A stretch of DNA of 63,807 nt, filler included, from an uncultured Acidimicrobiia bacterium (GTDB lineage: Bacteria > Actinomycetota > Acidimicrobiia > Spongiisociales > JAOTWH01): the NCBI GenBank assembly GCA_964347285.1. It is 3 parts of 3 records of this genome, joined end to end, with 100 filler letters (N's around TTAATTAATTAA, not from the genome) between each part and the next. Parts side by side here need not be neighbours in the genome. Positions count along the whole stretch, not along the records: positions 22,393 to 44,460 come from CAYFYE010000039.1; 2 more parts are not named here. One strand, 5' to 3'. A program made the translations under genes and the position numbers. Below, in pieces: positions 28,941 through 38,169 of the stretch; position 1 is the first letter of the stretch, and every line of letters starts with the position of its first letter. The notes below the pieces were generated by a model. It had not been told where the DNA came from. It did not search any database and was given only the letters and a program-made list of their open reading frames with translations.

Positions 28941-31330
28941 GCCGTTCTCAGCATTCCGCCCAGCCGATCGGTCACGGCCGCTTCGATGGACTCCCGCACC
29001 AGGGTTGCCTCGTCGTCGGTGAGCGTTCGATCCGGTGCCCGAAGCGTCAGGCGAAGTGCAATGCTCTTGCGTCCCTGCTCGAGCGGTTCTCCTTCGAACA
29101 CGTCGAATACCTCGGCCTGCTCGAGGAGGGGACCGGCGGCGTCGGTGGTCACCTCGAGCAGGTCGGCCGCCGGCACACCGACTTCGAGCTCGAAGGCGAG
29201 ATCGATGAACACCGGGGGGTAGATGCTGGGGGCCGAGAAACTCCACGCCGGCGGGGTGACGAGGACGCGGTCGAGCCGTAGCTCTCCCCCGGCCACCCGT
29301 CCCCGGAGGCCGAAGGCGGCCGCCACCGTGGGGTGGATCTCCCCCACGGCACCGATCACCTCGTCGTCCCAAACCACTTCGGCGCTCCGCTCGGGATGGA
29401 AGGGTGGATGCGATGTGGGGCGGAGCGCGGCCTCGTCGAGACGCATTGCCGCCCGCAGGAGGCTCCAAACGCCCGTGGCGTCGAAGACGTCGATCGACCG
29501 GCCCTCACCATGCCAGTGGTAGCCGCGCCCCGCCGCAACCCAGGTCAGCATCTCGGGTTGAGCCGGGATCTCGGCGGCCGGATCGTCGAGGAAGACTCTT
29601 GCGGTTTCGAACAGTGCCACGTCGCGCACGCCCCGAGCGGCATTGTTGGCTGCGGCCCGCAGCAGACCGGGGAGCAGCGTGGTGCGCAATACGCCTTCCT
29701 CCTCGCGGAGCGGATTGGTCAACTCGATCCCGTCCCGACGCGGGTCGTCATCTGCGAGGCCCAGCCGATCGAGATCTTCCTGACCGAGGAACGACAGCAT
29801 GATCGCTTCGAAGTAGCCGGCACCCACCATGACTCGGCGCAGCTCACGGAGCCGCTTCTCCGAAGTGGGGAGTCCTCCGCCCGTTCCGACCGCTATGCGA
29901 TCGGGGAAGTTCTCGTAGCCGTGGAGGCGGGCCACCTCTTCGATCAAGTCGACCGGTCGACCCACGTCGGGCCTGCGGGTCGGGGATGTCACCATCAGCG
30001 GATCGTCACCCTCCACCTCGAAACCGAGTCGAGTGAGCAGGTCCTTCGCCACTTCGGCCTCAATGGTCTTGCCCATCACCCGGGTCACTTCAGACAGGGC
30101 CAGTTCGACGGTGCGGGGTTCGATGACCCTCGGATAGGCGTCGACTGCTCCCGGGGCCGGGATCCCGGCGGCGTGCTCGGCGAGCAGTTGGGCCACTCGT
30201 CGGTTGGCCCGCTCGGCGCCGTTGGGATCCATACCCCTCTGAAAACGGGATGAGGCCTCGGTGTGGAGGCCATGTCGCTTGGCGGTGAGCAGCACGCTGG
30301 GGGGATGGAAATAGGCCGCCTCGATCACCACGTTCTTGGTGGTTTTCCCCACCTCGCTCTCGCCACCGCCCATGACCCCGCCGATTCCAACGGGTCGCTC
30401 GGCATCGGCGACGACGATGTCATCGCGATGAAGTGATCGCTCCACGCCGTCCAGCGTTCGGATCGTTTCGTCATCGCGAGCCCGACGAACCACGATCTCA
30501 TCGCCGAGCAGGTCCTTGTCGAACACGTGATTCGGATGCCCCAGTTCGAGCATCACGTAGTTGCTGATATCGACGACGTTGCTGATGGCGCGTACTCCAC
30601 AGGCTTCCAGGCGAATCCGCATCCACAACGGCGATGGGCCCACCGACACGTTGCGAACCTCGCGGGCCGTGAAACGGGGGCAGCCGTCCGGATCTTCGAT
30701 CCTCACCGATACGGTGGCCGGCGGCCCATCCTCGGCCAACGTGATTTCCGGCTCACGGAGCGGCAGGCCGTAGTAGGCGGCCAGCTCGCGAGCCAGACCC
30801 AGAGTGGACATGACGTCGGGGCGGTTGGGTCCCACGTCGACGTCGAGCATCAGGTCCGGGTACGGGAGCGTCGATGCGAAGTCGGTGCCCACGGGCGGGG
30901 CGTCTGGGAGCACCAAGATCCCGGCGTGATCCTCGCCCAAGCCCAGCTCTCGCAGGCTGCAGATCATCCCGGGCGACTCGAACCCGCGAATTGTCCGCCG
31001 CTCCACCACGAACGGCTCACCGTCCGGGCCCCGGAGAGTGGCTCCCGGCGGAGAAAACGGCACTATCGCTCCCTCGTCGAAGTTCCACGCTCCACACACG
31101 ACTTCGACCGATCCGGTCCCGTGGTCGACGGTGGCCAGCCTGATCCGATCGGCATCGGGATGAGGCCGGATCCCGGTAACCCTCGCTACCAGCACCCCGG
31201 AGAAGGGGGCTCGGAGCTCTTGGGCGCCTTCTACCTCGAAACCCAGAGAGCCGAGCACGTCGGCCAGCTCATCGGCATCGTCGATGGGCACGTCGGCGAA
31301 CTCTCGTAGCCAGCGCAAGGTGGTCCTCAT
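28937..31330 (-). CDS. pheT: Phenylalanine--tRNA ligase beta subunit
   Basis: HPDADR, VVCGA, NRPD, SNVVDISNYVMLELG, DLIEEVAR, FDX-ACB tail. Confidence 0.97.
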   Translation of the reverse strand: MRTTLRWLREFADVPIDDADELADVLGSLGFEVEGAQELRAPFSGVLVARVTGIRPHPDADRIRLATVDHGTGSVEVVCGAWNFDEGAIVPFSPPGATLRGPDGEPFVVERRTIRGFESPGMICSLRELGLGEDHAGILVLPDAPPVGTDFASTLPYPDLMLDVDVGPNRPDVMSTLGLARELAAYYGLPLREPEITLAEDGPPATVSVRIEDPDGCPRFTAREVRNVSVGPSPLWMRIRLEACGVRAISNVVDISNYVMLELGHPNHVFDKDLLGDEIVVRRARDDETIRTLDGVERSLHRDDIVVADAERPVGIGGVMGGGESEVGKTTKNVVIEAAYFHPPSVLLTAKRHGLHTEASSRFQRGMDPNGAERANRRVAQLLAEHAAGIPAPGAVDAYPRVIEPRTVELALSEVTRVMGKTIEAEVAKDLLTRLGFEVEGDDPLMVTSPTRRPDVGRPVDLIEEVARLHGYENFPDRIAVGTGGGLPTSEKRLRELRRVMVGAGYFEAIMLSFLGQEDLDRLGLADDDPRRDGIELTNPLREEEGVLRTTLLPGLLRAAANNAARGVRDVALFETARVFLDDPAAEIPAQPEMLTWVAAGRGYHWHGEGRSIDVFDATGVWSLLRAAMRLDEAALRPTSHPPFHPERSAEVVWDDEVIGAVGEIHPTVAAAFGLRGRVAGGELRLDRVLVTPPAWSFSAPSIYPPVFIDLAFELEVGVPAADLLEVTTDAAGPLLEQAEVFDVFEGEPLEQGRKSIALRLTLRAPDRTLTDDEATLVRESIEAAVTDRLGGMLRTA

Positions 31331-32370
31331 CGGAATTGCCTCAAAACCCGCAGATCGGCTTCGAAGAACTGGCGGATGTCACGGACCCCATGGCGGACCT
31401 GGGCGAGCCGATCGGCCCCCATGCCGAATGCAAAACCGGTCACCCGGTCCGGGTCGTAGCCGACCGCCTCGAAGACTGCCGGGTGGACCATGCCGCAGCC
31501 GAGAATTTCGATCCATCCGTTGTGTCCACAGACGCGACACCCCGAGCCATCGCACGAGAAACAGGACACGAACATCTCGGCGGACGGCTCTGTGAACGGG
31601 AAGTAGCTGGGATAGAACTTGACCCGATGACGCGCTCCGAAGAACTGCCGGGCAAAGTACGCCAGGGTTCCCTTGAGATCGGCAAACGTGATGTTCTCGT
31701 CGACGGCCAACCCCTCCATCTGGTGGAACATCGGGTAGTGGGTGGCGTCGATCGTGTCGCGTCGGAACACCCTTCCCGGAACGACGAGGTAGACGGGCGG
31801 ATCGTGATCGATCATGTAGCGGGCCTGCATGGGCGAGGTGTGGGTGCGCAGCAGCACCTCTTCGCTCTCGGCCCCGTAATCGACGTAGAGCGTGTCCCAT
31901 TCCAGGCGGGCCGGATGGGTGGGCGGCATGTTGAGGGCCGTGAAGTTGTGCCAGGCGGTCTCGACTTCCGGCCCCGTCGCCACCGTGTAACCGAGGGCGA
32001 CGAAGATGTCCACGATCTCCTCGAGCGTCTCGGTGATCAGGTGATGAGTGCCCCGCGGCGGCGTTCGTCCCGGAAGGGTTACGTCCAGGCGATCGGCCGC
32101 CAATTCTTCGGCCACGGCAAGCTGTTGAAGCACCCGACGCCTTTCGGCGATGAGGCCGCCGAGGAGACTCGATACCTCGTTTATCAGCGCTCCTAGTTCT
32201 CGTCGCTCATCCGATGGTGCTCCTCCCAGAGCGCGCCGCGCCTCGGCCAACATCGATTTGCGTCCCACCATGGCCGCTTCGAGCGCGTCGAGCTCCTTCA
32301 GAGTGGATGCCGAGGCGATCTCGGCCTCGGCTCCGGAGCGGAGCTTGATCAGATGTTCTCGAATGTCCAT
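31327..32370 (-). CDS. pheS: Phenylalanine--tRNA ligase alpha subunit
   Basis: LLRTHTSP, GRVFRRD, FHQMEG, YFPFTEPS, GCGMVHP, GFAFGMG. Confidence 0.97.
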   Translation of the reverse strand: MDIREHLIKLRSGAEAEIASASTLKELDALEAAMVGRKSMLAEARRALGGAPSDERRELGALINEVSSLLGGLIAERRRVLQQLAVAEELAADRLDVTLPGRTPPRGTHHLITETLEEIVDIFVALGYTVATGPEVETAWHNFTALNMPPTHPARLEWDTLYVDYGAESEEVLLRTHTSPMQARYMIDHDPPVYLVVPGRVFRRDTIDATHYPMFHQMEGLAVDENITFADLKGTLAYFARQFFGARHRVKFYPSYFPFTEPSAEMFVSCFSCDGSGCRVCGHNGWIEILGCGMVHPAVFEAVGYDPDRVTGFAFGMGADRLAQVRHGVRDIRQFFEADLRVLRQFR

Positions 32371-32381
32371 GCCATCAAAGG

Positions 32382-32406
32382 GGCCCGGAGCGGGTGGCTC
32401 CGGGCC
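32382..32406 (-). terminator. Terminator/attenuator-like hairpin just upstream of pheS
   Basis: Perfect 10-bp stem GGCCCGGAGC/GCTCCGGGCC followed by CCTTT on the minus strand. Confidence 0.45.
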
Positions 32407-32547
32407 TCGGGTCCTCGATCCTCGGGATCGCTCAGCGCGCTCCCTCGACCGGGGCGCCCGGCCCGGTGGAGGCGAAGGCGGAGGAATCGAGGAGCAGCAC
32501 GGAGGTCACGATATCGGAGGCTTCGGGCAGTGGCAACAACGGCCGGC

Positions 32548-33264
32548 TCACGGAAGGGAGAGATGGTGGAGGGCGATCGAGCCGGCCACCGCTGCGTTGA
32601 GGCTCTCGATCGGGCCGACCATCTCAACGGTCACCCGCTCGTCGGCGTCCGCGGCCACCTTCTCCGGGAGCCCGTGCGCTTCGTCACCCACCAATACGGC
32701 TACCGGTCGCTCCCCCACCGCCAGTTCCCGGAGCGGTCTCCCTCCGGACGGCACGGCGGCCACCGTGAACAGGGCGAGGCCACGTAGGTCGGCGACCGCG
32801 AGATCGCTCGCTTCGACCACGACGGTGTGGAAATGCGCACCCGCGCCGGCCCGCAGCACCTTGGGAGCCCACAGATCGGTCGTGCCCAATGCTGCTGCCA
32901 CTTCGAAGCCGAAAGCGGCGGCGCTCCGAATGAGGGTCCCGGCATTACCCGGGTCGCCCACCCCCCACATCACCAGCACACGGCTCCCCATATCCGACAG
33001 CCGGTGCCGGGGCGGAGTGAACACCGCTATCGGCCCCCGGGGATTTTCAGTGCCGGACAAGCGGTCCAGCACGGCCGGCGTGACAGTCACGACCTCGGCG
33101 CCGGAGCGCTCGCTCAGATCCCTGCCTTCGGCGTCACTCTCGGCAACGAAGACGACGTCGATGGCCACACGATCCAGGGCGGACTCGAGAAGGTGAGGCC
33201 CTTCGAGGAGTGACCGCCCTGCCGCGGCCCTATGGCGACGCTGATGCAGTTTGGCCGCCGCCAA
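32548..33264 (-). CDS. TrmH/SpoU family RNA methyltransferase
   Basis: LEGPHL, DPGNAGTLIRSA, PKVLRA, GDEAHG, ESLNAAVA; true start may be upstream (CTG 33318). Confidence 0.92.
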   Translation of the reverse strand: MAAAKLHQRRHRAAAGRSLLEGPHLLESALDRVAIDVVFVAESDAEGRDLSERSGAEVVTVTPAVLDRLSGTENPRGPIAVFTPPRHRLSDMGSRVLVMWGVGDPGNAGTLIRSAAAFGFEVAAALGTTDLWAPKVLRAGAGAHFHTVVVEASDLAVADLRGLALFTVAAVPSGGRPLRELAVGERPVAVLVGDEAHGLPEKVAADADERVTVEMVGPIESLNAAVAGSIALHHLSLP

Positions 33265-33314
33265 TACGCGGCGATTGCGCGGCGAACGGATGACGGTTCG
33301 AGGGATGGGTACCG

Positions 33315-33674
33315 TCAGTCCCCGACTGCCTTGGCGGCGGTCTTCACCAGCTCGCCGAAGGCCTTGGGATCATTGACGGCCATATCGGCGAGCATCTTGC
33401 GGTCTACCTCGACTTGGGCGGCCTTCAGGCCGGCCATCAGGCGGGAGTAGGTCGTGCCGTGCGAGCGGGCCGCCGCATTGATACGGGTGATCCACAGCCG
33501 GCGAAACTCGCCTTTGCGGGCCCGACGGTCGCGGTAGGCGTCGTCCATGGCTCCCAGGACTTGCTCGCGGGCAGCCCGGTAACGGCGACTGCGGGCTCCC
33601 TTGTAGCCCTTGGCCCGGTCGAGGACCTTCTGCCTCTTCTTCTTGGCGGGTACTGCCCGCTTCACCCTCGCCAT
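33315..33674 (-). CDS. rplT: 50S ribosomal protein L20
   Basis: MARVKRAV...AKGY...YRDRR...[12 protein letters not shown]. Confidence 0.98.
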   Translation of the reverse strand: MARVKRAVPAKKKRQKVLDRAKGYKGARSRRYRAAREQVLGAMDDAYRDRRARKGEFRRLWITRINAAARSHGTTYSRLMAGLKAAQVEVDRKMLADMAVNDPKAFGELVKTAAKAVGD

Positions 33675-33684
33675 CTCGGTCTCC

Positions 33685-33879
33685 TCAACCCCCCAGCATG
33701 CGCCGCACCCGCTTGCGGTCGCCGCGGCTGACGTCCATGTCTCCCTGCTCGCGCCGCCAGCGCGCCGCGCTCTTCTTGTGGCGGTTGTGGCCCCGAAAGG
33801 CCTTGCGACGACGAATGCGGCCGGAGCCGGTGGTCTTGAAGCGCTTGGCCGCTCCTTTGTGGGATTTCATCTTGGGCAT
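33685..33879 (-). CDS. rpmI: 50S ribosomal protein L35
   Basis: [20 protein letters not shown]. Confidence 0.98.
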   Translation of the reverse strand: MPKMKSHKGAAKRFKTTGSGRIRRRKAFRGHNRHKKSAARWRREQGDMDVSRGDRKRVRRMLGG

Positions 33880-33890
33880 GTGGGGGACCC

Positions 33891-34463
33891 CTAGTCGTCG
33901 GTCGCGGATGCGGCTTCGGTCGCAGCCTGCTGCCTCTTGGCCCGAGACCGCCGCTTGCGGTTGGGGATCAGCAACATCGTCATGTTGCGGCCCTCGAGTT
34001 TGGGCGTCAGCTCGACCTCCCCGTAGTCTTCGACCTCCCGGGCCAGGCGTTCCAGTAGGGCGCGGCCCAGTTCGGGATGGGTCACCTCGCGGCCCCGAAA
34101 CATCATCGTCACCTTCACCTTGTCGCCCTCATCGAGGAACATCTCGATTCTCCGCCGCTTCACTGCGAAGTCGTGGTTATCGATCTTGGGCCGGAACTTG
34201 ACTTCCTTGATGACCGTGCGGGTCTGCTTCTTGCGGGCCTCCCGTTCCCGCAGCGACTGCTCGTATTTGTGTTTGCCGTAGTCCATGAGACGGGCGACCG
34301 GAGGCTTGGCGTCGGGCGCTACCTCCACCAGATCGAGCCCCAACTGATCTGCCAACCACAGGGCTTCGTCGCGGTTCTTGATTCCGATCTGGCTGCCGTC
34401 GGGCGCTACCAGTCGGAGCTCCTTGGCGCGAATCTTGTCGTTGATGCGCGGTGCCTCGGCTAT
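33891..34463 (-). CDS. infC: Translation initiation factor IF-3 (ATA start)
   Basis: [49 protein letters not shown] followed by ATA. Confidence 0.96.
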   Translation of the reverse strand: MAEAPRINDKIRAKELRLVAPDGSQIGIKNRDEALWLADQLGLDLVEVAPDAKPPVARLMDYGKHKYEQSLREREARKKQTRTVIKEVKFRPKIDNHDFAVKRRRIEMFLDEGDKVKVTMMFRGREVTHPELGRALLERLAREVEDYGEVELTPKLEGRNMTMLLIPNRKRRSRAKRQQAATEAASATDD

Positions 34464-34512
34464 TGCTGTTCTCCTCTCATGGGGTGTCGTTCCGCCGATG
34501 CCCCATCGGCCG

Positions 34513-34607
34513 AAAAGAAGGCAGCAAGGAAAGCCTTGCTGCCGTCTGCTCGACCCGCGACGCACCTGTGGTGGCGGGGTGGGAAGCGGCTGCTTCCGCT
34601 TTCAGTG
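34513..34607 (-). ncRNA. L20 leader with intrinsic terminator
   Basis: AAGCGGAAGCAGCCGCTTCCCACC resembles the L20-leader 5' motif; terminator GGCAGCAAGG-CTTT-CCTTGCTGCC-TTCTTTT before infC. Confidence 0.8.
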
Positions 34608-34613
34608 GCGGGA

Positions 34614-34641
34614 AGTATACGGAGCGGCCCTGGACTGTCAA
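34614..34641 (-). promoter_or_regulatory. sigma-A promoter of infC-rpmI-rplT
   Basis: TTGACA-N16-TATACT; the -35 box overlaps the ribH stop codon. Confidence 0.8.
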
Positions 34642-35102
34642 CGGTCGAGGCTCTGCAACACCCGGACGCTGCGCACGACTGCCTCGGCCGCCTCGGCCCC
34701 CTTGTTCCCGGGTCCCGGGCGCGAACGCTCCACGGCGTGCCTCGAATCGCTGACGGTGAGCACCCCGAAGCCGACCGGTACACCGGTTTCGAGAGTGGCC
34801 CGCATCAGCCCGGCGGCTGCTTCCCGGGCGATGTGCTGATAGTGATCGGTTTCGCCTTCGATCACGGCGCCAAGGGCCACGATCCCATCGAAGCCGCTTT
34901 CGGCCAGGCGCCGGACGATGAGCGGTAGCTCGAAGGATCCGGGGGTGCGTACCACCGTGACGTCGCGGCATCCGGCCCGCCGCAGCACGTCCAGGGCGCC
35001 GTCGAGCAATCCGGAAGTGATCTTGGGGTTGTACTCGGCAGCCGCAACGGCGATGCGCAGGCCGGCAGCGTCGAGCTCGCCGCCCAGCTCACGCCCTCCC
35101 AT
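34638..35102 (-). CDS. ribH: 6,7-dimethyl-8-ribityllumazine synthase
   Basis: PGSFELP, LGAVIEGETDHY, FGVLT, NKGAEAA. Confidence 0.96.
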   Translation of the reverse strand: MGGRELGGELDAAGLRIAVAAAEYNPKITSGLLDGALDVLRRAGCRDVTVVRTPGSFELPLIVRRLAESGFDGIVALGAVIEGETDHYQHIAREAAAGLMRATLETGVPVGFGVLTVSDSRHAVERSRPGPGNKGAEAAEAVVRSVRVLQSLDR

Positions 35103-36336
35103 GGCTCTCCAGGTCGATGATGTGGCCCAGCTTGTCGGCCTTGGCGGCCAGATAGGCCGAGTTCTCGTCGGTAGGTGCGGCCTGCAGGGAGATCCTTTCG
35201 ATCACGCGGATCCCACCTGCCTCGAGCCCGGTCTGCTTGTCGGGGTTGTTGGTCATCAGCCGAATGGTCTCCACCCCGAGATCGGAGAGAATGGCGGCCG
35301 CCGCTCGATAGTCGCGCCCGTCGGCCGGCAAACCGAGCTCCTCGTTGGCCTCGACCGTGTCCCAGCCCTCGTCCTGGAGGGCGTAGGCTGCCAGTTTGGG
35401 CATGAGTCCGATTCCACGGCCTTCGTGGCCCCGGAAGTAGACGACGATCCCCCGGCCGTGGTCCGCGATCGTGCGCATCGCCTCGTCCAGCTGGTAACCG
35501 CAGTCGCAGCGAAGACTCCCCAGCACGTCACCGGTGACGCACTCCGAGTGGAGGCGGACCAGGACTCCCTCTCGCCCGGCCACCTCCCCCTTCATCAGGA
35601 CCACTATCTCACTTCCCTTGGACGTGTAGCCAATGATGCGGAAGTCGCCGTGGCGGGTGGGAAGACGTGATTCGGCGTGTCGCTCCACGGCGGGCGGTCG
35701 GGCGGCCGGGGTGGGCCGGGCACCGCCCTCGGCCCACAATCGGTACTCGATGAGATCGGAAATGCTGATCATCGGCAACTCGTGTTCTTTGGCGAATCGC
35801 TCCAACTCGATGCCCCGGGCCATCGTGCCCTCATCGGTCACCACCTCGCACACGGCGCCCACCGGGTTGAGGCCGGCGAGGCGGGCCAGATCCACGGCCG
35901 CCTCTGTGTGCCCCGGCCGCTTCAGAACGCCCCCCTCGCAATACCGCAGCGGAAATACGTGCCCGGGACGAGCGAGATCGCCGGGACGGACGGACGAGTC
36001 GGCCAGGGCCCGAATCGTGGCCGCTCGGTCGGCAGCAGAGATCCCGGTGGTCGTCCCATGCCGGTAGTCCACCGATATCGTGAACGCGGTGTCGTGGGTG
36101 TCGGTTGGATCGGACACCATGAGGGGTAGCTCTAGTTCGTCGAGCCGGTGCCCGGCGGTGGGTACGCAGATGAGGCCGCTGGTGTAGCGGACCATGAAGG
36201 CAATGGCCTCGGGAGTGACCTTCTCGGCAGCGATGACCAAGTCGCCCTCGTTCTCCCTGTCGACGTCGTCGACCACGATCACGAACCCACCGCGACCGAT
36301 CTGCGCTACGGCCTCTTTCACGGCGGTTCGGTTCAT
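35089..36336 (-). CDS. ribBA: Bifunctional DHBP synthase / GTP cyclohydrolase II
   Basis: DRENEGD, TTGISAADR, RPGHVFPL, GHTEA; RLHSECVTGD, RCDCG, EGRGIG, TNNPDK. Confidence 0.97.
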   Translation of the reverse strand: MNRTAVKEAVAQIGRGGFVIVVDDVDRENEGDLVIAAEKVTPEAIAFMVRYTSGLICVPTAGHRLDELELPLMVSDPTDTHDTAFTISVDYRHGTTTGISAADRAATIRALADSSVRPGDLARPGHVFPLRYCEGGVLKRPGHTEAAVDLARLAGLNPVGAVCEVVTDEGTMARGIELERFAKEHELPMISISDLIEYRLWAEGGARPTPAARPPAVERHAESRLPTRHGDFRIIGYTSKGSEIVVLMKGEVAGREGVLVRLHSECVTGDVLGSLRCDCGYQLDEAMRTIADHGRGIVVYFRGHEGRGIGLMPKLAAYALQDEGWDTVEANEELGLPADGRDYRAAAAILSDLGVETIRLMTNNPDKQTGLEAGGIRVIERISLQAAPTDENSAYLAAKADKLGHIIDLESHGRA

Positions 36337-36926
36337 CGCCCGCTCTCCATCAAACGCTCCACGTACTTCGCCAGGATGTCCACCTCGAGGTTGACCAAAT
36401 CGCCCGGACGGCGCTCCCCCAGCACCGTGACGTCGAGCGTGTGCGGAATGAGGACCACCTCGAAGCTTTCCGTGTCGACCGCGGTGACCGTGAGGCTCAC
36501 CCCGTCTACAGCAATCGAGCCCTTCTCAACGACATAGCGGAGGAGGTCGGGCGGCGTTGCGACCCGCATTCGGACCGCGTTTCCCTCCCGGGAGATGCCG
36601 GCCACCCGGCCTACTCCGTCGACATGGCCCTGGGTGATGTGTCCATCGAACCGTCCATCGGCCGACACCGGGCGTTCCAGGTCGACGCGGTCGCCTTTCA
36701 CCAGGTGGCCCAGGTTGGAGCGGGCCAGGGTCTCTGCCACGGCTTCGACCGAGAAGGCGGCGCCGTCCCGCCAGGTCACCGTGAGGCACACTCCGTTGAC
36801 GGCCACAGAACGGCCCGGGCTCATGCCGTCCAGCGTGTCTTCGGCGGCGATGGTCAGGCGGCGGCCACCATCGGACGGTTCCACGGCGATGATCTCACCG
36901 AGCTCGGAGACGATGCCGCTGAACAT
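36333..36926 (-). CDS. ribE: Riboflavin synthase
   Basis: MFSGIV, SVAVNGVCLTV, GHITQGHVDG, KGSIAVDGVSLTV, VNLEVD. Confidence 0.96.
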   Translation of the reverse strand: MFSGIVSELGEIIAVEPSDGGRRLTIAAEDTLDGMSPGRSVAVNGVCLTVTWRDGAAFSVEAVAETLARSNLGHLVKGDRVDLERPVSADGRFDGHITQGHVDGVGRVAGISREGNAVRMRVATPPDLLRYVVEKGSIAVDGVSLTVTAVDTESFEVVLIPHTLDVTVLGERRPGDLVNLEVDILAKYVERLMESGR

Positions 36927-37972
36927 CAGCTTCTCTCTCCCAACGTGAACTCCACCCTGAGGTCGGGCCCCACCGCCCGAAAGTCGGCGAACGACACCGG
37001 GCGGGCATTGCCCAGCGTGACGAAGGCTCCCGTCAGGGCCCCCCGACCCTGCCCTCCGGCCACCAGCGGCCCGTAGTAGAAGACGCCCCGGTCGACTAGT
37101 CGCCGTTTCAGCAGGGCGGCCGCCAACGTCGGGCCTCCTTCCAGCAAGAGGTCCAGGTGACCGCGCTCGGCGAGATCGGACAGCATGCCCGCCAGGTCAA
37201 CGCCGCCGTTGCCCGGCAGCACCACCACCTCGGCCGGGACCTCGATGGGGAGCGGGGAGTAGACGATCGTCTTGCGAGCAAAGATCGCGGCATCGGGAGG
37301 CAGCGGACGTCGACCGGCCACCACGACTGCCGGCGGTTGCAGTCCGTCGTAGCCGGGAAGACGCACGGAGAGCCGGGGATCGTCGGCGAGAACGGTACCG
37401 GCCCCGACCAGCACTGCATCGGCGGCAGCCCGGAGCCGATGAGCATCCTCGCGGGCCTGGGGCGAGGTGATCCATTGGGAGGTGCCGTCGTCGGCCGCCG
37501 CCTGACCGTCCAGCGTGAGTGCGGCCTTCCAGGTCACGCGGGGACGTCCGGTGCGGCGATGGTGGAAGTAGCCCGGATCACCGGCCTCGATATGGTCGGC
37601 CAGCACACCCGCCTCCACCTCGATGCCGGCGTCCCGGAGCGCCGCGATCCCTCGTCCCGATACCCGGGCATCCGGATCCACGGCGCCGACGACGACTCGG
37701 GCTACCCCGGCCTCTATCAGGACACGGGTACACGGTGGGGTGCGTCCCTGATGGACGCACGGCTCGAGGGTGACGACCACGGTTCCGTGGCGGGCCCCCT
37801 CCCCCGCCAGCCCAACGGCGAGCGCTTCGGCGTGGGTATGGCCGGGACCGAGGTGGGCCGCCTCGGCCAGTACTTCGCCTCCCGGTGAGAGCACCAACGC
37901 CCCGACGGCTGGATTGGGGTGCGGTCGCGTACCGACCGTAAGGTCGAGTGCTCTCCGCATCAATCTCTCCAC
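36926..37972 (-). CDS. ribD: Riboflavin biosynthesis deaminase/reductase
   Basis: PNPAVG, HAE, TLEPCVHQGRTPPC, SQWITS, EGGP. Confidence 0.96.
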   Translation of the reverse strand: MERLMRRALDLTVGTRPHPNPAVGALVLSPGGEVLAEAAHLGPGHTHAEALAVGLAGEGARHGTVVVTLEPCVHQGRTPPCTRVLIEAGVARVVVGAVDPDARVSGRGIAALRDAGIEVEAGVLADHIEAGDPGYFHHRRTGRPRVTWKAALTLDGQAAADDGTSQWITSPQAREDAHRLRAAADAVLVGAGTVLADDPRLSVRLPGYDGLQPPAVVVAGRRPLPPDAAIFARKTIVYSPLPIEVPAEVVVLPGNGGVDLAGMLSDLAERGHLDLLLEGGPTLAAALLKRRLVDRGVFYYGPLVAGGQGRGALTGAFVTLGNARPVSFADFRAVGPDLRVEFTLGERS

Positions 37973-38020
37973 GCTGCGCCTCCGAGGTGAGTTTGGGACC
38001 GCGCGCGCGGACGAGCGGCC

Positions 38021-38133
38021 CTCCTTCTCCCATCCGGACTGTCACCGTCGGCCCCGGAATCGCACCGGGTCGACCCAAAGGGTTCGCGGGCTTTCACCGC
38101 CGGTCGGGAATTGCACCCTGCCCCGAAGGTGGG
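38021..38133 (-). ncRNA. FMN riboswitch (RFN element)
   Basis: CTTCGGGGCAGGGTGCAATTCCCGACCGGCGGT...AGCCCGCGA...CCGACGGT.ACAGTCCGGATGGGAGAAG upstream of ribD. Confidence 0.95.
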
Positions 38134-38169
38134 CTGGGAGCCAGTGTAGTCGTCGGGCAGGGGGTGAGA

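Noticed and set aside
32371..32547. T-box riboswitch before pheS
   Set aside because: No GGTGGNACCGCG T-box sequence found
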